A DNA stretch of 64,000 nt from Chlorokybus atmophyticus (lineage: Eukaryota > Plantae > Mesostigma and Chlorokybus algae). The notes below the pieces were generated by a model that was given only the letters and a program-made list of their open reading frames with translations, was not told the origin of the DNA and searched no databases. This document shows, piece by piece, positions 1-12,023 of this stretch (positions are counted from its first letter, which is position 1; each line of letters begins with the position of its first letter). The translations under genes were made by a program, and so were the position numbers. Where the stretch lies: positions 536,317-600,316 of the forward strand of contig RHPI01002262.1 of NCBI GenBank assembly GCA_009103225.1, in the 5' to 3' direction.

Positions 1-2375
1 CTTGCTTACTCGATCCGTATACTATTAGTCGTCATCGTCCAAACCTACCCCTCGTAAAGTAGCCTATATAACCATTTCCTATTGTACGCCGCCAAAAACG
101 TTGTAAAAGACCACTTCAATAAGCACAATTAAAGGTAACGGTTTCGACTCTGTATGTAATATCATAGAATTGCATCGAAGTCAGTCTATTATTTTAATAC
201 CATACACAAAAAGTGGCGCAACCGTTACGCCGCAATGCGGTAATCCAAATTGTACATAAATTAGGCGGTAGCGTCGTTGAAAACGAAGTTGCCAAGCACT
301 GCGTACAAAGCGCGTTGAATCTTGGGCGCGACATGGCAATGGCGAACGAGAACGGTGCGTTAATAGTCGCGCGCGTTGGCAGACAGCGACAAAGTTACGC
401 ATCAAAACGTGTTTGACAGAACGCGTCATCCATAGGTACGAGGTTGGACGGTACCCCATACCCCAAAAGAATCTTTGAAACTATCCTACCAACAGCAATT
501 ACCATGTTCGTTAAAACGAGATCTTTCGTTATCGTAACCAATTTCGTTTGGCCGCCGGGTTATACGTCAGCTGAACAAGTACCTAAAAATGATGTACCAG
601 TAATGCGATTCACCCCAATAGAAGCCACCCCCGAGAATATCGTAGTGCCACGAATGGTTTGTTACATAATTAATTGTGTAAAGGCCCTTTACAACGACCC
701 CAAAACCCTTCCTGGCAATAACTATGCATTTTCCGCTGTGTTTGCAAAAAAATGCACAGTTGCGCAATATTTTCACAAAAAAAAAAACTATACTTTCGAC
801 GCTCGTCACGAACAACCTAAAGCACGACCATAGTATGATGTCCAAATGGAGGCATTGTTTTAGACTCATTTTTTACCAAATGGAGGGGGAAGGGCTATAC
901 AGCAGGTGGGAGGCTTCAATAGAGTGAATACGACATCATGTGAATACCATATAACATGATATGTGTAGGGGTTGAGTTTAATTGCGTCATTTTAGTTCAC
1001 ATAAGTTTTAAATCAAGCGACGACATGATGCATATAATTTGTAAGTGTATACTTGTAAAAACTTGTTAATAGTGTATATATATATATATATATATTATTA
1101 ACAACTGTAAGCATTTAAACAATGTGTTAAAATATTCACGTTACGTACTTATGCTTGTCACAATGCATCGTTCATTGGGCAAAGCCAACACCGTAATCAT
1201 AAACGCACCGTTTTCATTATATATTATAGTTATTTAATGACCCACCATTCTGTGTTACAATTAAGTTTATAAGATTCAGCATGTCAATAATAATAATCAA
1301 CTCTTACATAGCAAGATCGCAACAATTTAAATTAAAAATGGTAACCAATATGATACAGTGTATTTGTATTGATATTTTGAATAATTTAACACTTGTTAAT
1401 TACGCAGTTTAAGTTGTACAACGATGTGTACAACGGCGCTTTAACGGCATTTGTGGTTGTTATGCAAGTGGCGAGGTATCACAATTAAGCAGCCTTTTAA
1501 CGATGCGCAACATGCGATTAACAACATGCCATCTTAAATAAAGAAATTCATGTCAGTATGTATAATTAGGCGTAAATGCATAGTCCAGCTTAGACAACCT
1601 TAATGAGATATAATATTGTATAAAGCAAGATGAGGCTCATTTTTTTGCTTAATGCTGCTGTAAAGGGCAGTAGGAAGTGGCTGCTAGCCAAAGGCAAACA
1701 TCGTTTGTAGCAAATGAGTAAGCGCATGCTATTGCTTATAAGGTTGGCACGTACGTAACATCACAACAGTTGCTGTATAGCAAGCTCATGTCGGAAAGGG
1801 GCCAGATGCAATTTGCACAACAGCAAACATGACTTTACGAGGACCAAGGCTAAGCGCATCACCTAACATAAATGAAAGACATGCCTAGGCCTTGAACTCT
1901 GACCCTAAGAGAGGTTAGCCTATAGCTAGTCCACGCCGTTGGGTTAACGTTTATGCATAACGACGATAAAACGTTGCAACTTGGCTGCTCAAACGTTGAA
2001 TGTATGCACGTTGCTCACCACCTCACATTTTAAATGTTATCGTAATGCAAGTAAGTTACATTGTAATCATGCGCATTGTGGAAATGTGCAGGCCAACGTC
2101 CACACATTGTGCACAGCGGTGATGAATGCATTGTTAAACACACAATATAACCATAATAACCATTAACATAATTGTTGACATCAGCAACAACTTCAAGTAA
2201 AGTTTATGGATAGTTTCAGTATCGTCATGTTCAGCGCACAATTTTGCAACTAAAGCACCACATACGACCCGTATGTTCGATCTCATGTCCATGTTTATCC
2301 GGCTTGTGTTTCTTGCTTAGCGTTAATGCTAACCTAATGTTACGGCTCGGGTACCAAGACTTTGTGCCCGTTTGC

Positions 2376-2377
<2 letters not shown>

Positions 2378-2409
<32 letters not shown>
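2378..2409. repeat. (GA)n microsatellite
   Basis: Perfect AG dinucleotide run. Confidence 0.95.
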
Positions 2410-2411
<2 letters not shown>

Positions 2412-2958
2412 TCTACATACGTATGATGTATATAATCAACGCAACAAGATTGATGCACAAATGGTGGTGATGGTAGCAATAGCTGTAGTAGTAATATTAG
2501 CGGTGGTGATGGTCTCGATAGCTACGCGTGATGAGATTCCGCAACTAGCTCTAGGTAAGTTGTGCTCAAAGACACGTGGTACGGAAGAACATAAGTGAAT
2601 TCAATCCAACTTACACTTCACCAACACAAATGCACATGCGCCACCACGCGTTTCATGAGATGTTGCGAACGGGTTCTTAATATTGCGCAGCCTCAAGGTC
2701 GTGCGCGTGCCGCCAGTCGAGGTCGAGAGCATCATGTTTCTGCTGGCCTATCGCATGGCCATACCTGCATGCGCATGTGTGTACACACGTGTACACAAAG
2801 CTGGTGGGTTGGTGGGTGCATGCAAGTAGCATAACCATAAGAGACATGCATTGTACTCTGTGGGTGGGTGGGCGTGGGCGTGGGCGTGGGCGTGGGCTTG
2901 CAGGTAAAATGGCTGCATCGCTGTTTGTCACTCTCCAAGCCCTCAACACTTGAGACCA

Positions 2959-3977
2959 TCAGTGGGGATGAGGCCAATAACACAGTTGTGAGGGTGGTTG
3001 AACCACCCGCACACTCCCACTAGGTAGTAAGTGGTATTGACTGACCTGACCATGGTGGCGAAGTGCTCGCAGTTCCAGTTGAGGAGGCTGGTAGTCGGTG
3101 TGCACGCCCACGGACCAGATGCACCTCTTCAGCACAATTGGCAGAGCATACGCCACACAGCGTACAAGCACCGTCTTGACAGCGTTACCCACCCAAATAG
3201 GCCTATCGTTGCCATCGTACCACTTGTCTCCGTCAGTGAACTTTTGCGATTCTAGAACATAAAGGTAGAACTCAGTTCCTGCTGTTTGCGAGTGCATGCG
3301 TGCGTGCTTGTGCGTACGCGCGCGCACAATCACGCTTGTGCGTGCGTGCGTGCGGGTGGGTGTGGGTTGGGGCGGGGGGGGGGGGGGGGNNNNNNNNNNN
3401 NNNNNNGGGGGGGGGGGGGGGGGGGAGGGGCGGCGCTCACCCTGATTTCTTTGATGCTAGGGCGGTATGAGCTGTCGGGGGTAACAACGCTTGCGATCAG
3501 CTTTGGCATGTTGATGATGACAGCGCCATCAGCGTCGCCTCCGCCACCTCCTTTGCAGATATGTGCATTACCAACTCGACAACATACCTGCGTTAGTGTA
3601 TTGTGCGCGCACACACGCACCTCATCACATGCTATGCATAAGCGTGGGTGTATACCAGCAAAGACCAACGCGTGCACGTGCACGTGCAAGCGACAGAAGA
3701 GAGCGAATGTTATATTCGCGTGGAATCTTGTCAGCAATTTGCCAGGAGGGCAGCATCTGTGCACTTCAATGCCGGTTCCCAAGTTCACCCCATAGTGCAT
3801 GTAATACAATTGCACTGTAATGGCGGTCGCGCACTGCAGTAGCATTGTACTACAGCTGCATGACGCAAGGCGCTGGCAGCATGAAACACATGACAATAAT
3901 GATGCTGCTCCACATACTCATGCATACGCACACGTGTGTCTCCGCCCTCCCCCCCTTCACCAAACACAAAGCAACTT

Positions 3978-4058
<81 letters not shown>

Positions 4059-4810
4059 GAGGCGGAGGCGGAGAGAGAGAGGGAGAGGCGGAGTCTCTTT
4101 GCGTAGATGATGTTGCCAGGCTGTAGGGGCCGTTTCTGGCTGTCCGTTTCAAAGCCATCTAACGGATAAACCTTTGCTGGCATAGTGCACGCAACCTGTC
4201 AAGTCACTAGCGTTGATGAATAGGAGGGAGAGGACAAGGAGAAGACAACGTACAAGGTGGAGCTACACTATGATCCCATCAATATAGTGGCACTGAAGTA
4301 AATTGTGCAGCTGTTACCTCAGGCGCTGCTAGTTGCCAGTACATATGGTGGTGGTGGTGGCGGAGACGATGTCGGGCCGCTGCTGGGTGTCCTTGCATTT
4401 GATGCTGATGTACATACACAATCAGCAGCAAGACCGCTCTTGGCGTGTGAGAGGTTTTGCACAAGCAGACTACGCTGCCGCGTAGCTAGCTACCAGCCGC
4501 ATGGAGCGGCAGCATCGCTAGCTATGTGGCAGCTTAGTGACAGGTGCATCATATTGACCACGCTGCAGCGCTGCGGCATAGTCCATCTGATGCACCTGTC
4601 ATAACTCCACCTTCCTCCCCGTTGTCCACCTCACCCACACACAAGGGCCTTCCTCTGGCGTTATACCCTCCATATCGCCGCTGTGCACCAGGCAGGCTGG
4701 TCTAGCCCTGCCAGCAGTTTGCATGTTGCATGTTCGGCCTGCCGTTAGGCCTACAGCTGATGATCCGTCATGCGGCGTGACTTCTAGCCGCACCCATGCA
4801 CGTGACAAGC
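2959..4810 (-). other. Possible degenerate or unknown multi-exon gene
   Basis: There is an open 124-aa frame at 2959-3333 and a strong AGG|GTGAGC donor near 3440. The flanking putative exons do not join in frame cleanly, and I recognise no family. Confidence 0.2.
3983..4055. repeat. (GA)n microsatellite
   Basis: Perfect GA run of about 36 units. Confidence 0.95.
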
Positions 4811-5155
4811 GGCGCCCTAGATGACTCTAAGTGTTTCGCTCTGAAACGCACCTTCACGTTTAACCAATGCATCGATTGAAGCCGGCCAGCGAGCGCTGCC
4901 ATGAGGGCAGCAGCTTACCGGCAGCAGGTAGGAGGTAAAGGATGAGCGGTGCGTGGAATGGAACTTGTGTGTATCCCAGACGATCGAGGAAAAAAGTTGT
5001 AGGCCTGCTTGGTGTTGTATACAAACAGCACAATTTTATTATTGCATTTTTTGATGTTTTTAAGAAAATCATGGCATGATGCAACGACTGTGCCGCGCTT
5101 CGGAGCATGTGCGAACCGCGATGACATGTCAACATTTTACACTGATCATTATCTG

Positions 5156-5290
5156 CCGTATTTGCCCGGATAGAAGCCCCCCCTTTTTACGGAAGCTCCC
5201 CACCCCTCCATTAAGAATTACGTTTACTTTAATGCACTGGGTTGAGGGGGGCTTGTATTCGCGGGGGGGCTTCTATACGGTGAGATACGG
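5156..5290. mobile_element. 135-bp MITE, possibly pogo/Tc1-mariner-like
   Basis: The left end CCGTATTTGCCCGGATAGAAGCCCCCC and the reverse complement of the right end CCGTATCTCACCGTATAGAAGCCCCCC form 27-bp TIRs with 4 mismatches. No coding capacity is evident and no TA target duplication is preserved. A degenerate right-end-like sequence also occurs near 885-932. Confidence 0.6.
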
Positions 5291-6920
5291 AATCTTCTCA
5301 TCCGCGGAACATAATGCTTAATATACCACAACAATATGTACTTGACATACATTAGCAAGCCTATGTCGCGCCGTCCCCCATCGTGGCTTGAACTCGTCGT
5401 AAACCTTGCCATGCATGTCCGCATGCTATTATACACTATGACACCATGTCGTGCTGCCTCATGCACCGTCTCTCATCACATGGAGTAGACACACACATGA
5501 AAGATGCGTGTCACCTTGCAAATGATAGACAAGTAGATCACAACTTGACTTGCAATTGGCCGTTCACTCGTGTGGAGCAATCCACAATCAATCCTTACTT
5601 AATGTACATGCTAAGGCAGCCCATACGGTGCATTTAATTCGCAATAGTAACATACGCCCCTTCATGCACATCAACGCATAGCAACGAAAACATGCACACA
5701 CACCATACATGCAAGCATGTGCACAAGCATCCGCTCAGCCAAGAACCTCTTTTCAAAGGTGTTGCTTGCACTCCAATAGGCCAACTTGCATCCAACCAAA
5801 CTAGGAAACAAGCTAGCACACCCTTATATACCAGCGTTTGAGCAAAAGCCCCCCCTGTATTGTTTTCGAACCCACATTGACTTCATGACGTAGGCACAAT
5901 AGCGGCTATTGTGCCTAAATTGTTTATGTTGGCATGAAAACAATTGCCTGCTAGGTTGCACTGACAAGCCTTAGTAGCGAAAATGAGGAAACAGCAGCGC
6001 AGCATATGGGCTGATAAGCAGCGCAGATGCAAGACACATGTAGACCGACGAGGCAAGCTTATGCGTCCCTACCTGTGACAACTACTACCGCGATTAGCAC
6101 TACATGTTGCGTGTGTTTGAGCCGTTCAGCACCATGTGCTACATTCAATATCTGCATGCGCCCTCTGCAACCTTATAAAATGCCATCACACCAATTGCAC
6201 TCGCCTGTTGCAGCAGTCATGCAATGTGAGCGGTAGTGTTGCCAGTTACTGCAGTGACCTACAACGCTAGCACTTAGCCTAGAGGTTGAAGGCGTGCTGG
6301 TTGGTGTGACTGCTGGAGTGCTTGCGTGTGACTGACTGTGTGCTTGCATGTGATTATGACAATCGCAGGTATGATGACTATCCTACATTTATTGTACACA
6401 CCCACCAGTAGTGGGCCACCACCCTCCAACTCCAACATTACACAGGCTATGTGCCTTGCCATATATCACACCACATCATGTGGTCCACATGCACTTGCCT
6501 GTTGTAGCAGTCATACACCCACCACTCACGACACCACGCTCACCATGCTACCTTACCTAGCCTATCTATCTCAACATGCACAGTCACCAATTAAAATGGC
6601 ATAGAGAACGATCACTTCTGTCAGTCTAATTGAAAAACCGTGCACACATTTTGAGAACAGTTGATAAGACAGGCTGCCTTTATTAGCAGCAGCGACTTGG
6701 AATCATCCGTTCCGGATGGTCACTGATGTTTTCCAATGTGACTGACAATAATCTGCGAATCCTTGTGAACTAATAAGCTGCTCCACAGTTGTGGCAGTAC
6801 GTGGCAGGCGGGTTCATATGCCGCGCAACGCCACATTGCGCGCAGAACAGCTTCTGCAAAATACAAGCCACTCAATGAGCTCGCGCCATGACCATATAGT
6901 GCAGTTGATAATTGTAGCGT

Positions 6921-8461
6921 TTAAGGAAACTGCAAGTCCCGCAGATTGACATGTTCCTGCCCGCGCTGCAGAGCATTGTCACAACTGCAACCCACATGCT
7001 TAAGAAAGATGGACACCCGTACCTGGCCTGACATGGGTGCGTAAGGCGGAGCTGGCTGCCCAACATGCACAGTGTAAGACCCATCCGGTAGGCCGTGTGA
7101 TGGGGGATAACCCATCGGCGGGAAGCCCATTGGAGGAGCAACTATGCCAGGACCCTCAATGACAATCTGGATAAGGCAAATAAGCGATCAGCAGTCATAC
7201 ACCACAACAGTGCTTGGCAAGGGCTGCAGTTCACGCAAGTGCTGCTGGTAATGCTTATCGTCTCTGTTACCTTCAGTTCTATTTGTGGCTGCCTAATGTG
7301 CCGGTAGTAGTATCGCCCAGTATAAACCAACCGGTCTCTCGAAATGGCAACAAGCTGTAACAGCGACAGACAATCAGTCAGAAAACCGATAAGCAGCTTC
7401 CATGTGATTCTGGTAACAAATGCCTGCCTATCCAACATCAGCGAACAAGCAACCTGCTGTCAACAGCATGTTGATGCAAGGCGTGTTTGAGTCTGAAATT
7501 ATGATAACAATGGCTTACCCGCCAGGTAATAGGAGAGTGACGTGAGGATACTTCTGCAAGGTGAGTTTGCATCCCAGCGGTGGCCTGTGAAAAGCAGACA
7601 GTCAGCAACACAGCTGGACTAATACAACTTTTGCAATGAGACGAGGTAACATGCAACTCACACTTGCGCAACATACCTTTAGGAACATGGACTCAATTGC
7701 GTAGTATGCAAAGCAAGTGCAAGGTAATCCAATCGCCATGAGAACCCAGCCCAGCACAACCAGCCAGTAATTTCCATAATAGTAGTTGTTTGAGGAAGTG
7801 ATCGCCGCTCCAATGATGGCCAGTATGAGCCCGAGTGGAAACACCAAAACTGTGAAGGCACGAGTTCAATTACCGCACAACATCTTTGAGCTGTTTGCAA
7901 CTATCGCAAGCTTGGCACATGAGTCAATACATGGGTACTAGTTGGCAAGAAAACGGTGCACCACTTGGAACTGCTACAAGTGCATGCTGGGATAACTCAA
8001 GCAGCGCATTGAGTATGCAACACCAGAGTGCTCACACAACACGACTGACATGCAGTGCTCTCTGGAAATACAGCTGGCATGCACGTACAGCTGGTTGAGC
8101 AGAGAGGCAACAAACAGTAAACTGTATGGCAGCACATGCAAAAGCCAAAGACGTACTCATGGTAAGGAAGACGAGTCTTGCCCTCCTGTTGTGCTTTTTC
8201 CATAGATTGTTGATGGCTTCAACTTCTGCTTGAAACTGCTCTGGTGAAATCTGCGCGAACACAGTATGAAACCTTATTTATGCCGCATGCAGTAATCTTC
8301 TCGGCTGCATGCGAGGATAAGAACCGTACACACACATGCATGGTTGATGCATGTTAGGTCAAAGGCCAGCTTACCCTGCCATTAAGCTGTGAGGGATATT
8401 CCGAGGAAAAGGTGCCGAATGAAGCAAACCCGTTGGTGCGTAGCAGCCGGACGTCCGCCAT
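6921..8461 (-). CDS. Erf4/Golgin-A7-domain membrane protein with Pro/Gly-rich tail (about 6 exons)
   Basis: The spliced product begins MADVRLLRTNGFASFGTFSSEYPSQLNGR|ISPEQFQAEVEAINNLW, which fits the Erf4 FxxxYPxxLxGRIS motif. Two hydrophobic helices follow (LVFPLGLILAIIGAAI, WLVVLGWVLMAIGLPC). Introns are GT-AG and the stop is TAA at 6921-6923. Confidence 0.7.
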
Positions 8462-8999
8462 AGCTATAGCTGCAGGTTATGCCTTAGTCACACTGTCTAA
8501 GCCAGGCCAGGCCAGACCAGGCCGAGCTAGGCCAGGCCAGTGCCAGCAAAGGCAACGTGTGCACAGCGGCCTCAAGCGCTACCTTCGCCAAGCAGGCACC
8601 CCAACACCGCAGCTGACAGCTTGCACAGCGCTGAGTGAGAAACTGCCGAAAGAGCCACAGTCAACAAGCCTCCTGTTTGGCGTCCTCCACAGCCTCGTCC
8701 TGCTGCTCCTCTTCTTCCTCCTCCGCCGCCGCTGCCGTAGCCGAATGCCGACAACGCACGTTTCTATCGGCTAGTCTGCACACGTGTAAGACTCAGTCCA
8801 ATGTCGGCGCACTGCAGGCTGTAGCATAGGCAACTGTCGGCGTATGCAGAGCTACAGTGTCAGGAGAACAAATTGGCTTCGGCTCCGCTGGGAGATCCTG
8901 CTTCTGCCGGTATTAGCGGCGTATGTGTGGCTATTCCTCGCTGTGCCGTAAGTCGTCAGCTTCGCTGCAGAAAGCAGCGAAGCCAGATCAGTACCAGGC

Positions 9000-11420
9000 A
9001 TGGTGGCAGCGGCGGTGGCGGTGGCCTTGTTGGGGCGGAGGAGAGTGCAGGTGACGGATGTCTCAGTTTGCCTGTTGAGGCATTCTGGTGTTGGCGTGCG
9101 GGATAGCCGTCGGCAGGGGCTTGCTGGTTGGGTCAGTGTGGCCCGCCAAGTGCACAGCCAGGTGAGCGTGCTTGAGCTTGATTACTGCAGCGAGCAGGTG
9201 GTTGGGTGTCATACACACAACGACTTAATGCATAAGTCTGCTGCATGGCAATTCACACAATGCATCACAGTTGAGCAGCACTAGCAACACGTTGTGTCTG
9301 TGGCATTCTCGGCATTCTGCAGCCGCAGCCTGTATACTCTACGCGCGTAGTGTGTCAGCTCGTCAGCAACATTAGCCAACGCTATTCACTCCTTGCCACC
9401 GAGTCCTGAGGTTTATTTGCAACAAGGTGGCTGCTGCTGCTGCATGTCAACTAAGCATCCTGACGCTGGCATACTTGCCAAGCAGTAGTACTGCATGCCA
9501 GCCTGCGTGCTATAGCTGGCAGCCAAGTACCTGATATGCTGGCCTCGCCTGACAGCAGGGATGTATTGTCTATGTGCAATATCATCGTGTGTGGGTACTG
9601 TAGTGCCATTTCAACATTGGCTATATTGCAGTTGCCGCCGCTGCCGGACGACTTTGATCCAGCAAACCCTGTTGAGTCTGCTCGCACTCTGCCCAGTGAA
9701 TGGTACACAGAGGAGCAATCGCTGCAGCTGGAAAATGCACGCGTCTTTGGCCGCAACTGGCTGGCAGTGGGTGCGTGCTGTTGTCAGCGGCATGAGTTGC
9801 AAAAACATGCGCGGTTAATGAGATGTGGTCAAACGTGCAATGCTGCAGGTCATGTTGGCCAAGTACAGCACCCCGGCAGCTATTTCACTGGCCAGTAAGT
9901 CCTGGTATGCTTGATGAACGTTTATCAATGTATACAGCCGTGCCATGTCATCCCTTGTTGTGATGACTCATCATCAACCCTCAGGCTTCTCGCCACAAGA
10001 TATATTGTATGTAGAGACCACACCGGTCAGCTTCGCGCCCACCACAATGTTTGTCGGCACCATGCTGCGAAGGTGGCCTCTGGTGCAGGCAGTGCCGACT
10101 GTTTCACCTGCCCATATCATGTGAGTTGATGGAAAGATGTCTGTGTGAAGGGAACTTGTTTCAATGCAATCCTTGTCATGCACCTCCCTAATCGACTCTT
10201 ATCTCAGTTGACAGGGATGGAGCTATGACTTGGATGGCCGACTGCGCAAAGCAACTAGGCTGAAGGGAATACAGGACTTTAATACAAAGGTATGCATCAA
10301 GTCAATGGTAGCGTCACATTGGTGCAGTACTCAAACAGCAAGGGATGCAGGTTTATATTCAGTTGGTTGGCCACGTGCATGCAAGTCTCCTGAGTTGAAG
10401 CGTATTTTGCCATCCTTCAGAACTATGGGCTTGTCCCCATGTCAGTTGAGCAGTGGGGTCCGTTCATTCTCATCTCCTCTGCAAGGGACCAGCCGTCAAT
10501 TGCCGACTGGTTGGGTGAAAGCGCCGCTGCACTCTCTGAAGCTGGCATGAACAACGTGGATATGAAGCATGTAGCCACGAGAGAGTATGAGCTCAATTGC
10601 AACTGGAAGGTACATCAGTTGCCTAACACATGAACCACACGCCTTTTACGCAATGTGTACGCCATGCCTGTTTACACTTGCAAGTGTAAAAGCTTTCTAC
10701 TCATGCACGTGTTGCTGACTGAAGCGCATTTTGTGTGCCATGCCCAGGTGTACTGTGATAACTACCTTGATGGAGGGTATCATGTGCCTTTTGCGCACAA
10801 GGGTCTTGCTGGTGCCCTTGACCTGGCCACGTATAAGACAGAACTATACTCCAACATGTCAATGCAGTCATGCAGAAGCGGAGGTGATGACGAGCGTCTT
10901 GGTGCTCTTGCGCATTATGCGTTCATCTACCCAAACTTCATGATCAATCGCTATGGCCCTTGGATGGACACAAATACTGTCATACCGCTGGATCGCCGAC
11001 GATGCAGAGTGGTGTTTAGATACTACCTTGAGCCCAATTTGGTTGAGGACAAGGAGTTCATCAACGCAAGCCTGGCTGACAGCAATGACGTGCAACAAGA
11101 GGACGTTGGCCTTTGTGAAGATGTACAGGTGAGTAAGCTACAATGCACGTACGCACGTGCAGTGCCACTGGATGTTGGATCAATGTGACTACTGTGACAA
11201 GGCACATTGAGTTGCACCAACTTGGAGTCTGTCGGCCGTTGTGCAGCTTTGTGTGTTTTGTGCCATAGTACTTGCATGGAGTTCAACAGCAGTGTTGTTA
11301 ATGCTGCAGGTTGGTTTGGAATCTCCAGCTTATCGCACAGGTCGCTATGCACCATCGGTTGAAGCCGCAATGCATCAGTTCCACTGTCTGCTACACAAAG
11401 ATGTGTCCAGCCCACCTTGA
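9000..11420 (+). CDS. CMO: Choline monooxygenase (Rieske non-heme iron oxygenase), multi-exon
   Basis: Motifs include ARTLPSEWY, the Rieske ligands CRHHA...CPYH, and the mononuclear iron site NWK|VYCDNYLDGGYHVPFAH. Also present are FIYPNFMINRYGPWMDTN, QQEDVGLCEDVQ and GLESPAYRTGRYAP. The start and the transit-peptide exons are uncertain. Confidence 0.92.
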
Positions 11421-12023
11421 TGCATTGCGACTCAGGCCTCAGCTTGCTCACGTCAACTTGTAAGTACGTTAAGGGGAACAGATTGTAGATTTTGTGGTGA
11501 TGGTGTATAATATATGCGATGCATGCAGTTGTGACATGCATGAGAGTATGATGTCAGGGGACTGTACATTCATGTGTACATACAATGGTGGTACTAACTG
11601 CTAACTGTTGGCGTGTGCTGCGTTTCCAGTTATCACTTTGTTTGTCCGTGATTTGCATTGAGAATACTTGGTAGATTTGTGATCAGATCCATACTTGGTT
11701 TTCTTCCATATATTTTTGTCAGTGTCTGACACACATGGTGTATGCTCTCGAGCAAGTCCAGATTCAACACTGAAGTCACGTTTGCTCAGCAGTGCACTGA
11801 CGTGCACTGACAGGATTCTCATTACTTGTCCAATCATTCATGCATGGCATGTCTAATCCACGCAATTGCTGCATGCAGTCAGATACAGAACCATTGAGCT
11901 GGATATAATAACGTCTCATCAGACTAACAGCAAATGTCAGATTGTACAACACAAACCAACTCTGTACAGGGCAGCCTGCATGGCCAGCTTTTCTCATGCA
12001 TGCAATCTTGCGCTGTTTGCCCG

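Noticed and set aside
444-833. 129-aa ORF in the AT-rich start of the window
   Set aside because: It has a TTG start, no recognisable motif and overlapping ORFs on both strands. It is probably degenerate repeat DNA.
2904-4600. Plus-strand pseudogene riddled with C-to-T stops
   Set aside because: The stop density (about 5 per 120 codons) equals the random expectation and no family motif anchors the frame.
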